From positions 3,220,587 through 3,284,586 of the forward strand of contig CM120648.1 of the NCBI GenBank assembly GCA_051362555.1: DNA of 64,000 nucleotides. Reading direction: 5' to 3'. Shown here piece after piece: positions 13,678 to 27,445 of this stretch. Both the position numbers and the translations under genes were made by a program. The notes under the pieces were generated by a model. It searched no databases. It saw nothing but the letters and a program-made list of their open reading frames with translations, and was not told the origin of the DNA. Each line of letters begins with the position of its first letter. Position 1 is the stretch's first letter. The DNA comes from Lingula anatina. Taxonomy: Eukaryota > Animalia > Brachiopoda.

Positions 13678-16600
13678 GTGTTAAAGTTGTAAGACTAGGT
13701 CAAAAGGAAATAGCAATTATGTTGCCCTCGAATCACAAATAAGGGGACGTATAATTTGCATGATATAAATTGTATCAATTGTATTGTACTACAGTGTTCT
13801 GGTAAGAATCATCAAGGTCATAAAAGGATATGTACCACTACACGCGTAAACTGATTGGATAATAAGAAGAATGTGAGATATAAAACTTTAGCATTAAATG
13901 TATAGCATTGCAACCAAGGCCTGAACTAATACATCTAACATACTGTAGCGATACTACATCTTATTTAGGAGCACATATAGAGAGTATTGGATTGGCCTGG
14001 AGAGACGGACCGGAAACACAGACACCTGGTTGGACGGTACACCGGTGTCGTGGAGTTATATCTGCCCATGTGATGGTAAAGAGTCGTCCTGCGCCGCGTA
14101 TCGAACTGTGGGGAGCGACAGCGGTGGAAATCACTACTGGGCAGACGCCTCGTGCTCCAGTTATTATCGCTATGTGTGCGAAAAATCAGGTAAGGGTTTT
14201 TGAGTGCCTTTGATGACTTGGACTCTTTTCGCATAGGGCGGTTCACTTAACTAGACAGGTCCATTTAAGGGACCATTCCCAAAGATATTTGGATCAATCT
14301 ATCTCCCTGGGGAGTCTCACTAAATTGCTATCAAACTAACCGGCTTAAATGTCTGTCACGCCTAGTAAAGCTGTAAGGGGGTAATTATCTTGATGGATCG
14401 ATCTATGTATGGGAACCCAGTCTAAGATCATTAAACGCTCGACACGGCCGAATAGCTGGTTGGAAGGTACAGTAGCGCCACAGAACAATATCTGCCCTTT
14501 GTGATAGTGAACAGTTACACTGCATAAGATATAAATCTTCATTTTCTGATATAGATGGGACTAGTGGTGCCGGGGCGGTGGCTAACCCATGTCCGTCAGG
14601 CTGGTCCCACAAGGCGTATGTCGACAGATGTTACTGGCACTCTGGCCACACACATGAGAATTACGAAGACTCTAAAACGGCCTGTGCGAACACAAACGGC
14701 GCCACCATAGCTATGCCTAAAACCGCAGAACAACAGGCCGCAATGGTGACCATGTTGTAAGTTTATTTCGCATTGAAATTCATCATATGGGCAAGGAAGT
14801 TTGCAAAATATACCTCAGGACAGCAACGGCATGGTTAATTTCACTTCAAACATTATTTTTAATGTAAACAAATTTAGAAAAAAGAACCCCCCTTTTGAAA
14901 TTGCTGGCTACGGGCCTGTGTCCATCCATGTTGACAATAAGTGCATTGTACTTTCCATAGCAAAATCGTCCACGTTTAGTACACTACCTAGATATTTCCC
15001 TCTGTTTGTATTTGCGAAGTCCACCAAGGCCAAATGTTTATCTTTGTGCTCCCTCCACCTATCCACTATCAGATTGATTTTTCACCAGATATTTACGAAT
15101 ATATCGCTGGCTCATTCAATGCAGTGGACAGTGCAGGTTTTTTTTTGTCATGAATTAACCCGAAACATATCTGTGAACATCTAGCAAAAATCAACCTGTG
15201 CTCTGGTAGAGGGTATCTTTCCCCCCCCCCCCCCCCACCCACCCACCCACCCACCCCCACACACAAACACACAAACATGCCTTCTTTGCCAAAGCCCTGT
15301 AGGCCTATCCTCTGGTGTATTTTTGGTCACGGTTATTTCTCACCATTTCTCGTCTCCAGGTCAAGTTCTGAGTACTGGATAGGACTTGAACACATGGGCT
15401 CCAACCCCGACCAGTGGGCTGACGGTACCTCACCAACCTATGATAACATATACCCGTATGACTCTCGGGGCAGCTCCAGTTGCAATGCCTATCGGGCACA
15501 CAACAGCTATAGTTTCCAATGGCTGGACCGGTCTTGCTCTAATAGTTATCGCTACGTATGCGAAATCATAGGTAAGCGGTTTGTCTTTAATTCATCACTG
15601 CGCATTTACATGTACTTAATCTTGCGGTGTTGCTTTCGGATCGTAGGCCCTACGTACTGACAGCCGTATTTGCATTTACTTGTATCAGGCCCGTAGCCAG
15701 CAATTTCAAAAGGGGGGTTCTTTTTCTGAAAAAAAGGACCTTTTCCCATAAAAACTTCATGTACCTAGATCAAATTTTACCCAGAGTGGACCTTTTCCCA
15801 GCAAAAGGGGCGGTTCTTTCGAACCCCCTGAACCCCTCCCTGGCTACGGGCCTGTATATATTACCCTAATTTGCATCACGAGCATTTTAATTAGTACCTC
15901 ACTTTCAGACCGAAGTCTGCTTCATATTTGTCACAGATAATAAGGCCTCAGCGCATCTATGAAAAAATCTTAAGCGTTTAGCAAATCCAAATGCCTGTCA
16001 GACTTTGTGTCCAACTATTTTCAATTAAATGCGATATAAGGCTGATCTTCCTATTGGCCTTATATTTCAGTTGGTACGGGTTGCAGCGCCCCCTCTTCTC
16101 CTGGTCATACCACAGAGGTCGTAGAGGGTACAGACGTAGGAGACAATATCACCTATACTTGTGAGTCCGGGACAACTCTTACCAGTGGAGACCTCGTGCG
16201 AGTGTGTCAGTCTGACCGGACGTGGAACGGCTCGGCACCCGTGTGTGAAGGTAAGGGTATCTAGCATGTTACGCCATGCTGCGCCCTTCATTAGGAAAGC
16301 CAAAATTTCCAGGTACTTTATATTTCTGCTTTTGGTGGCGTACCTATTGATGTCACCCTAAGGGCACAACGAGAGTTACAAAAATGTGCAATAGCCTTAG
16401 CTGTAGGGTTGAACATATGGTTTAGTATTACGCTAGGCTGCTCCTTCTGCTGCTATTGACTCGTGAAGCTTCACGGCACTCTACGCGCGTAGGAATCTCT
16501 CCCGCAGTTATGTACATGGATCTAAAGCTATATTTATCTCAGTTGTAATGTTGTTGTTTTTTCTAACAGTGGAAAAGCTGTGTCCCCTTTCCTCTCGGAT

Positions 16601-18089
16601 GATATGACTTTTGAATGCAGAATGTTGACCTGAAATTACAAGTTCAAAGGCCTTTTTCGTAGCCGTTGATACCTCTTTGGTAACATGTACGAACTGCTTT
16701 CGAAAGCGCTAATTTGAATTTACATTTACATCGAAGGTTGCAGTTTCCTCTACCGACACCCTGCATTCGTGCTGTTGGGAGCTCTCGTTTGAAGTAACTT
16801 TGACCTTGGATTTTAAGCACTGAAGCCAATCTTTTCTCTGGGGACTTATGAAAGTCATAATATTAACCTCATATTTCAGTAACAGTAAAAAGTGACCCCT
16901 TAACAGTTATCTCCTGCAGCCACCTCTACTGTCACGACGGCCCATGGGAATTACAATGCTTACCTTATTTTTCAGCTATAACCTGTAGTACCCCCTTAGC
17001 ACCAACTGATATTACTCGTGTCGTAGCGAGCACAGATGTAGGGGACATCATCACAAATCCTTTGTTCTTGGCGTTCGTAGTTCTCCTTTATTTAATAGTT
17101 TTACCATTTTTATCCTGTCAAGGATTAGTGACGTAGGATCATTTTGTTTTTCAAGGAATCCTTTCAATTCATATAGTCTAGCAGGGGTGGATCCAGGATT
17201 ATTTGAAGGGGGGTCCAGAACGCCAACCCTGGAATGTACAATGTAGAGCCGACCATCGCCCCCTTGGCGTGGGGTTCAGGGTTTGCTCAAAATATTTGGT
17301 GTTTTGGAGGGCAAACGGTGATCTTTGGTACGGTTTAGAACTATGATTCAGCTGTCAAAATTCTTATTTCCCACCTCTAAATCCGCCGCTGGTCTACCAT
17401 ACTTTTTGTCAGTGATTATTGCACATACTCTTCTCGCGAGCAACAAACTTCTGCTTTAATTGTGGTGTATTTCTACTACTTTATAGTTATCAAAGACGAA
17501 AGTTTTCTGGATACGATCATTTTACTTCGTATACATTTGTTACACGCAATGAAATATTATTTTTTTACATTTTGTCTACGAGAAACGATGTTTAAACAGA
17601 TTTAGCACTCTATACTCTACTAAATACAAAGCAATTCCAACAGAAAAATATCTGTACCGTATATTTTTGTCCTATCAATTTCTAAATGCACATTTTTGTT
17701 ACTCAGCAACGATACCCGGTATATCTACGATTACATTGGCTCTTTCCTTAAATTGTCCTAAAATGAACTGGTCGAGTAGATTCAAAAGATGAAAGTTTTT
17801 TTTTTTTTTCACTGCCCAGTCCCGGGTCTAAGCATTATTTGGCTAGGTAGTGTAACAATTTAAATCCCTTAAAGAATATTACATATTTTGAATTTTATTT
17901 TTTCATTTATTTCAGATCTGACCTGTGGCAGCGGTTGGACACACAAGCCCGAGGTAGGAAAGTGCTACAGGGCCTACGATAGCGTCCAGAGCTACCAAAA
18001 CGCGAAAACCAACTGTGAAAACGTTGGAGGCACACTGGCCATGCCAAAGACTCAGGAGTTACACGAAGCCATGGCGTCCATACTGTATG

Positions 18090-18143
<54 letters not shown>

Positions 18144-21100
18144 AAGTTGCAAGATTAGTTCAAAGGGAAATAGCAATTCTGATGTCCCCGAATCACAAAT
18201 AAGGGGATGTGTAATTTGCATTTATCATTTGTATTGTACTGGTAGGATCCTCATGGTCATTAAAGGAAATGTATCAGTACACGCGTAAACTGAACTGATA
18301 TGAAAAAGAACTTAAGATATAAAGCTTCATCATTCAATGTGTTGGATTGCAGTCGATATATATAAACCAAAGCATGAACTGATACATCTTATACTGCAGC
18401 GATACTATATCTTCTTCAGGAGCGACAGGGAGTATTGGATTGGCCTGGAGAGACTAACTGGAAGCACAGATACCTGGTTGGACGGTACAGCGGTGTCGTG
18501 GGACTATATCTGCCCATGTGATGGTAAAGAGTCGTCCTGCGCCGCGTATCGAACTTTGGGGAGCTACTACGGTGGAAATCATTACTGGGCAGACATCTCG
18601 TGCTACAATAATCATCGTTACGTGTGCGAAAAAGCAGGTAAGGGTTTCTGAGTGCCTTTGACTTCGGCTCTTTTCGCATAGGGCGGTGCACTTAACTAAA
18701 CCGGTTCATCTAAGATCATGAAACTCTCGACACGGTCGTTTAATTAAGTTGTCATAGGTAAAAAAATTTATAACTGCACATTTTTTTAAATTTCTGTTTG
18801 TACCAGTATACTTGACCCAGTTTACGTACCTTAGAGTTCAATAATGATACGAAAGGAAATAATGGAACGAAACAGTTTATATTATTCGAAACTATATAAT
18901 GGTATTTGATCTGGTTTAGTGAAAAAAATTTATTTGTCTACTGGCGTAATACGCATCTATACTGTATTAAGTTTTGTAATGTAGGCAGCTACAGTATCGA
19001 GGCTGCTTGCGAGGGTAGGACGGTAGCGCTACAGTGTTCCTTAAACCATGTCATCCATATTGTGGACGCTGTTTATGGCCGGACCAACACTTTAACGTGT
19101 GTCCACCATGCCATGTCCAACACGAACTGCAACGCCAGCACGTCCTACAGCGTCGTGGCCGCAGCATGCGAGGGTCAGCAGTCCTGCTCTGTGGTAGCAC
19201 ATAGGAGCACATTCGGTCAGGATCCTTGTGATGGAACCTACAAGTATCTAAAGATATACTATAATTGTCAAGGTAAACGAGTAGTTGGAATTATACTACC
19301 ACGGAGATCAGTGATGAAGTTCTATGTAGATTACTTCTACTTTTTCCTGGCAGTGACGACTGTAGTGGCGCTATATATTGCTCATGTTGCTTCATGCAGT
19401 ATTATAGTGTTTTTCTATCTTCAACAGGAGTGATTTTGTTTTTACTGTTGTTAGAATCCTGCAAAAACAACACTTACCACTTTTTATCAGTAGACCTAAT
19501 TAGAGTTGTGCTGCTTAAGGGTGGCATTTGCTATGCTTAATACAACTGCCTGGAATTGTACTTAGAGTGTATTGCAGATTATTAAATTGATGGGTATTAA
19601 TTTGACACTTTAGGGCATAAATGGTTTCATTTGAACCCCAAGATTGAAAACACAACACGAACCAGGGTTAAATCTGTTAAAATGAAACTTAGTTCCTGTG
19701 TAGAATTACATACAGCGCTGTAATCCTTAAAGTTCATAATAATATAAGTGCTCTTGACTAGATTCAGGCATTGCACAGCCGGTGGCATTCTGGCCGTTGG
19801 ACGCTAACAGCCTGGGCACCGATTTAAGTGGGAATGGACACAATGGAACGGTACATAATGCCACACCTTCGGCCGGACCTTACGGAGACGCCCATGCTTT
19901 GACCTTTGCTGAAGCCAGTGACTCCCATGTGGTCATACCAGCGCATGCGCAGCTTGCCGTCCAGAACTTCACTTTGATGTTCTTCATATATCTGGAGAAC
20001 TTGGACCCCAGTTGCATATTTGAGTACGCATCCAATCCAGTCGCGTCTCACATATGGCTTCACCCTAACGGGCAATCTCTAAAGATAAACCTCATTGACT
20101 CAAGCGACCATAATCTGCAGCACTTCAGTCAGGTGAACAACATATTTACAGAGAGAACGTGGCATAGGGTGGTCGTCAGCTACTCACAGACTACCGGGGA
20201 ACTGGCAGTGGAATCTGAAGTGTTTGACACCCAGGAGTCCAACAATAATACGAAGCAGTTAGGGACATTTACTCATCACACAAACGGTCTCAATCTGCAA
20301 ATAGGCAAGCGACAAGGGGTGGCCACAGAAATGTTCGACGGACGTTTATCGTGTGTTCATCTGTTTGATGACGTCATCGATGAGGACTCCAAGAATGCAG
20401 CGTGGGAACGATGCCAAGAGAGAGGGAATTTGGGTAAGTGGTCAGTGTATTGTCTTGACACTGACAGACCCAGTATTTGCTTTTTTTTGGGGGGGGGGGG
20501 TCACAAAGTTTTTTAAAAAGCGCTTCGCTTCACACGGCGTCCTTGCAAACGCATAATTCAACTTTCATATGAATTATATTTAATTCCGATTTCTCATTAC
20601 TGTCTCTGATAAGAAAGATACTATTGAAATGACTTCTTGTCATTGTACTTACATCCCCTTATTATCTTTTATCTATTTCACTTTAGCGTGCAATGCCCCG
20701 GATGACGGGATCAATGCTGCCTACTCTGGTAACTTGACAATGGGGTCTGTGGTATCGTACACCTGCAACTTAAATGCCACTTACATCAACGGGGACTCCA
20801 ACAGAACGTGCTTGGGAGATTTAACGTGGTCTGGTACACGGATGGAGTGTCATTGTAAGCATAAGTAGAACAGCAAGTAATTCAAATTATTTTAAAATGT
20901 TTCGAGAATAGTCTCCAAACTGAAGTTTCACTGGGGTTTGCAGATTATTAATTGGTATATCATGTCCTTTTATAACCCATGGTATTTTAGAATACATATT
21001 GTATGCCCTGCCTGCTTATGACTTTTCCTTACTTTTGGGTCTTCTAATCTATAGTGATAAGTCGCCTTCTCTCTGATTACTGATAACAAGACCATCATAT

Positions 21101-24100
21101 CCATGAGTCTGCATGGTCCTTTTGTGATAACAAGAACTTTCTTCCCATGGGTCTTCTGCATGTGCTCTAGCTCCCTATACCCACGAGCCTTCATGGCCTT
21201 AGTGATAACAAGAGCTTCCTATGCATGAGTCTTCAGGACCATAATGACAATAAGACCTTATTACGCATGAGTCTTCAGGGCCATTGTGATAATACGAACT
21301 CCCCACCCATGAGTTTTAAGCAACATCTCAAACCCACCTTGTACTATTTCGATGGGGATCTGACTGTCTACAGTACGATGTGATGAAGATCAAAGCATAG
21401 CCAGAGCATTCTGACAGATTTAATAAAACATATGCCAATTGAGTCAAATTGTTATGTTTCAGACGACCTACAAAAAGCTGCTTTCTGGCCGTTTGACGGC
21501 AACAGTCTCGGCAACGACTTCACCGGAAGAGGGCACCACGGAGTACTTCATAACGTGATAGCAGCGCCGGGTCCTTTTGGGGCTCTACATGCGTTGGAAT
21601 TGTCTCCCGCCTCTCTATCGCACGTGACGGTGCCAGCACATCCCGATCTGGCTGTCCAGAGTTTTACATTGATTTGGCTAATGAATCCTGTGAGTGTGGG
21701 TTCATCTGGAACGGGCTGTTTATTTGAATTCGGAACTGCAAGACCCCATATATGGCAGTGGCCTTCGGGAGCTCACTTATATGCCAACCTGATGGATACT
21801 GGAGGCCGATCCCACTCTTACACATATTCCAACGTATTCACTGCCAACACGTGGCAGAAAGCCATCGTGCAATTTGACCGAGGCACGGGGACAGTTTTGT
21901 TAGGAGTGGGGTCTCTCGATTCCCAATATTTCAATAATTCAACTGCGGTGATTGGGCAGTTTGATATCATGACAGCGGGTCAAGATTTCCATATAGGCAA
22001 ACGGTCCAGTCTCAATACACACGTGTTCAATGGCCGGTTATCGTGCATCCACCTTTTTAACACAGTGGTTGACTTGCAGACAATTAATGAAGCATGGGAG
22101 CTGTGCAGAGAAAGAGGAAACTTAAGTAAGTATTCTATTGGTGTGATGATATTGAATTTTTAAATCTAAACTCGATAGAAAGTAGATGGTGTGTTTGTTT
22201 GTGTGTGTGCGTGCGAGTGGAGAATAAAGAGGGATTACTAATAGTACTGCATATCGACTGATATTGAAATTGTGAGTTAATGATCAATGAGCTTTGATGG
22301 TTGGCAGAAAAGTTGTGCTAGATAAGACTAGCGACGCTAATTAGAGACAGCCTATGTTATAAGGTGTAACACCTTGTGTTAGGCATGACAATTGATTGTT
22401 TGGTTAGGCAATTAATTGTGCTTACTGTGACGTCTGAATGTGTTAGGTGTGACGGTTGTTGTCAGCTGTGACACCATTGTATTTGTGTGACAACGAATTG
22501 GGCTAGATACCTGTATACATTTTTAGTCATATCTGTTTATTCAAGAAATATATTTATGAATACATGCCACCTTTACATGTATTAATATATGTTTCTTGAA
22601 TAGGTATAATTAAAAAAGGAAAAGGAAACAGTTAGGGACTTTAGATAGATAAGATAATAATGACACCTTTGGCAACAAGTTCCCTTTAGGTAAAACTACA
22701 CTGATATTTTGCTGTGAACATCAAAATGATAAACATGTGTATATAACAGTCACAACATAATAGGACCTCTTCAGCAGCGGTGTTATTTGTATTTTTTTTA
22801 TTTTTTAAAAGCCATTTCAGTTTTAATTTAACGATTCATGTTGAAAGAGATCCTTTGTACAGCCAATTTTTATTTGTATTACACTCTGTTAAAAATATTT
22901 AACAGTTTTTCAATAAAATTCTCTTTTCTTCTTCATACATTCAAGTTACACATTTGTAACATTTTGTGACTGATTAGATTTTTATTTATTTATTCAGCAT
23001 GTTCCGCTCCTGAACCCGGGGTAAACGCGACTTATTCGGGCAACTTAACCATGGGCTTGGTGGTGACGTACAGCTGTAACGTGGGTCACGTGCACGCCAG
23101 CGGTAACGTCACTAGGACGTGCCTGGGGAATTTAACGTGGTCTGGGACGCAAATGGAATGCGAAGGTAAGTGTCAGGTTAAAAGGGGGCTTATCTTGGCC
23201 ACACACATCGCATGTTTTAAAAATGTCTCAGAACCAGTTTCACAGAATAAGCCGATGGTAAGCGAACATTAATTATTTGTGACTGTTAATCCCGCCAAGA
23301 AGAGAATAGTGAGTGAATGAGTGTTAAACTTACTTTTGTCTGTTAAAGAAGTGAAAAGGGATCCTCTCCTAAAAATACTTACGGCACAATGGAACAAAGA
23401 ACGCTCGCCGATAATTGTCCTCAACACCATAAACATCAAATTAAGTTCACTTTCGGTTTCCCTAAGGCTGGTCTCCACAAATGGACAGACGTTGGATCAG
23501 ACGTTTCATCCGTTGGTTAACCAGGAATGGTCGATCAGCAGTCACAGTCACTTCGTAGAAAAAAAAAACAAAAAACACGTAGTAGTATCGACCACTCGTC
23601 GAGATAGGTGCAACTTATAATTAGCTCGCTGGTCTCTTGACTGTTGCTTACTTGGACGGTGCTTCTTCTGGCAATGTTATCAGAAATGCTGCAGCTGTCA
23701 ATGCGGAAAAAATCAAGTTTGAAAAGCAATCCGGCAGAACAGGGCAAAGCTGATATTTTTAGCGCTTGTTCTCTGACTCAATCAAGAAAAAGTCACAATG
23801 AGAAACTAGATATAGGCCCCCTACGGAAGTCGAAAATGATGATTTGTTCACATGGACATAGTATAGTAAATTACTGCATTCTCTTCCCAGTTGTTATTTG
23901 CAGCGATCCCGGTTTTATCAGCAACAGCGCAAGGCTTCCGACCACGAGTCAAAACTTCTATGGTGGGAACAACGTGACTTACACGTGCGACAGCGGTTAT
24001 TTCTTAGCAAACGGTTCGTTGTCACGTGTGTGTCAGGACAATAGCACGTGGAGTGATGATCCGCCTTTTTGCGAAGGTGAGTCCGTGAAAATAGTCCTAA

Positions 24101-26564
24101 AATAAGATCCATGATGATGTATTATTGTACTTGTTGTAGATTTTGTGGAAATTGCATTTAAATTGCAAGCAACTGAAGATGTCGGTATCCGCTACTCGCT
24201 GGGCGGTCTAATATAAGGCTGTGCCTATGCGCTTAAGGACGCCTGTGAGATCCAAGACCTGCATAAATCCATACTTTTTAGTCATCCCTGAGTGGTCAAC
24301 GCCGTGCTATGGCGACTGGGGACATGGCTACTACAGTCACTGCTACATCATCAATGACACTCTCACAGATTGGGAGACAGCGAATGATGATTGCCATAGA
24401 CTCGGAGGCTACATCTGGGTCCCAGAGACAATTGCCGAGAGGAACCATGTGTCTGGTTTATCGACACTCACTCGCTGGTGGGTTGGTAAGTATACATTTA
24501 CTTTTAAGTTAAGTATATTTTTCAATGATTTTCAAAAAATAATAATAATATTCAGACGAACACAGGGCCGTAGCCTCCGGGGGGGGCAGGGGGGGCAGCT
24601 GCCCCCCCCCCCTGGGATTTGAGGTGCAAAAAAAATAATCGCAATTTCTGACTTCTGATTGAGCAATAAATAACAGTTAAAATGCACCAGAATGCAGTAT
24701 TATACATACAGTTTTTAAAATTTTTCCACACCGTGGGACACCCCCTCCCACAACCTACCCACTCAGGGGGCTTTGCCCCCTCGTGTCCGCTTACTGCCCC
24801 CCCTGGCATTTTGCCCAGGCTACGGCCCTGGAACAGTGAGTTATTTGACCTTCCACATATAATAAGGGTCTATAGCTGTATATATATTTTATGTTATTCA
24901 TGGTCATGTCTACTTGATATTGAATTATACCATGTTTGTGTTCACACAAATATATTTATTGCAGCAAAAACGAGGTATAGTTGTTAGAGGCAAGAGCAAG
25001 AGGCATAGTTATTAGTAAATGAGGATATTGGGTTTGTTTTACATTAAGGGAATTTTTTTAATGAATAGATGGATTTATTGACGTTTGACCATAATATGGC
25101 GTGTGTTTGATAGAAATAGGCCAAGAAATTAGGTCTTACAGGTTTTGTGAACTTGGGCGTTTTTTTTTGTGACACAAGCCAATAATTCTCAAAGACTCCT
25201 GAAAACAGACACTACATGTAGTTATTTAACACCTCTTTCCCCAGGTATTACCGACCCATGGTATACGGAAGCAACTATTCCGTTGTCTGGATCTCTGCTG
25301 AAAGATAACATTTTCAGTAGCAACGAACCGGATGATTTGGCCAAGATTTACGTTCGCTTAAACGGAGCTGGCGTAAGTGACACTGACTCGGGCACTACAG
25401 ACAGGAGGAACATCTGTGAGCAAAGCCCAGGTAGTATCTACAACATTGTGTCCCTATTGGTTTATATTTCAATACAGATTGGACATTGTTGGTGATTTCA
25501 TTGCCTCTGTCAATGCATGGTTATAGATATGTGTTGTAATGCTTCGGTTTGAAATGTATTATATATAACTGAGAGAGAGAGAAGGAGAGTGCAATTAATT
25601 TCTTTAACAAAGAGAATTTGGGGAGTTGAATTTAGTTGAGATTGTTACCACTTTTTTTTATACTGAATAAACTCTATCCTGAAAGTTTCCTCAATATATG
25701 CCAATATTTTTTAAGGATACCTTGTCCACCAACAAATAGACATATCGACGCTGATGCAAACAAAAACTTATATTTCAGCTTACCTTGGCTGTTATCGTAC
25801 GGAAAGTGGCCTGGCCGCAACCCTCAGCAGTCCCGTACACATGAACCTCCAGCAGTGTATTGAGTACTGCCGTGGACTGTCCTGTGCCTTCGCCGGTGTG
25901 TCCTCCTCGGAGTGTTACTGCACACAGACCGTCACGGAAGCTAACAAGGAGAACGACTTCACTCTCTGTGATACAAAATGTCCTGGAAACAAACACCAGT
26001 TCTGCGGGGGCAATGGATATGTGTCGATGTATCTTGTTAGTAAGTGCCAGTGTGTGTGCGCGCGCGCGTTTGTGTGTATACGTACCTACATTTGTCGCCG
26101 ATAGATGGACAGACATAAAAAGCTACATACATAGATAGTTGAACTATAATTATTATACACCTGTTTTTATTGCGTGATAAATCAAATAAAAATTGTTCTG
26201 GTAAGGTGAAATCCTCTGCAGCCACTGGAAATTTATGGAACCAGAAAAATATTGTGATATTTTGTAATTTTAACTTTAAAGTTGTCAATAACTCACTGCC
26301 TTTTGTAAACCACACTGAGATGTAGTGCGGTTTATAAGAACCAGATTTCAATTTTACTTTTTAGCTTGGATATCAGTAGTGGCCAGTTCCTGTGATGTCC
26401 TGTACAAAAACGGTATCAGGGAGTACGGTCAGTACTGGGTGGCAGCGGAATGGATAGCCCAAAACATCCGAGTGGAGTGCTTTACATCAAGTAAGTTGTT
26501 TGCCCAGTTATTTTGGATTGAGTGTTCCGTTAATATTCTTTTGTTTATTTCTTATTACTTGCAT

Positions 26565-26619
<55 letters not shown>

Positions 26620-27401
26620 TTTTTCCTTTGTGTGTGTGTGTGTGTGATTTCAAAAGATATGATCGTTTTGAAAGGTATCTTAGTCCCGGTCTTTAAAAAT
26701 GCACTTTTAATTTTGATTTTTTTAATTCAAAATGTAATATCAATAAAAAATTGATAAAAACGCGTCAGACCTTTGAAGTACCCCTGCGAAATTCGGTGCC
26801 TAGAAAAATTTCTTTATATTAAGTTTTTTTTTCTTGATTCTGGCTCCCATAGGGCCTTAAAGCAAATTTAACGTGGTTGCCACTTTGGTAGCCTTTGGGA
26901 ACTCAAAATATCAAAATGGCCGCCAATTCTCAATTTTCTTTATAAATGTTCTTAAAATACTGAATGATATTCAATTAATTATATTTATTTATTTATTTAT
27001 TTATTTATTTTTTTTTTTTGGTAATGTTTGGTTGATTTATCAGTACATGATTTTCATATATCGTTTCAGGTCCGTGTAACGAGTGGCTGATATATCAGAT
27101 CATGTTTTTCATATATTGTTTCAGGTCCGTGTAACGAGTGGCTGATATATCAGATCAGCGATTCTTCAATATCGGCATCATCCAGCAGAAGCAACCTCTC
27201 GCATACTGATATAAGGTGCGGTTCACATTTAATTCAGCAGATGAATCTTCACATTTATATTGAGTTGCCCTGCCGCCATGGCGGATATTTGTACTCTCTG
27301 AGTTTTTTTTTTTTTTTTTTAGTTAAAACAACTGTTGTTGTTAAGCAGCGAAAAATGGCAAATAATATCCAAGCATTATAGCAGTTTGCTGAAAATTTAA
27401 C

Positions 27402-27445
<44 letters not shown>

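Noticed and set aside
21080-21320. Regularly spaced repeats as a CRISPR-like array
   Set aside because: Degenerate tandem minisatellite with no unique spacers, in an animal intron with no cas genes.
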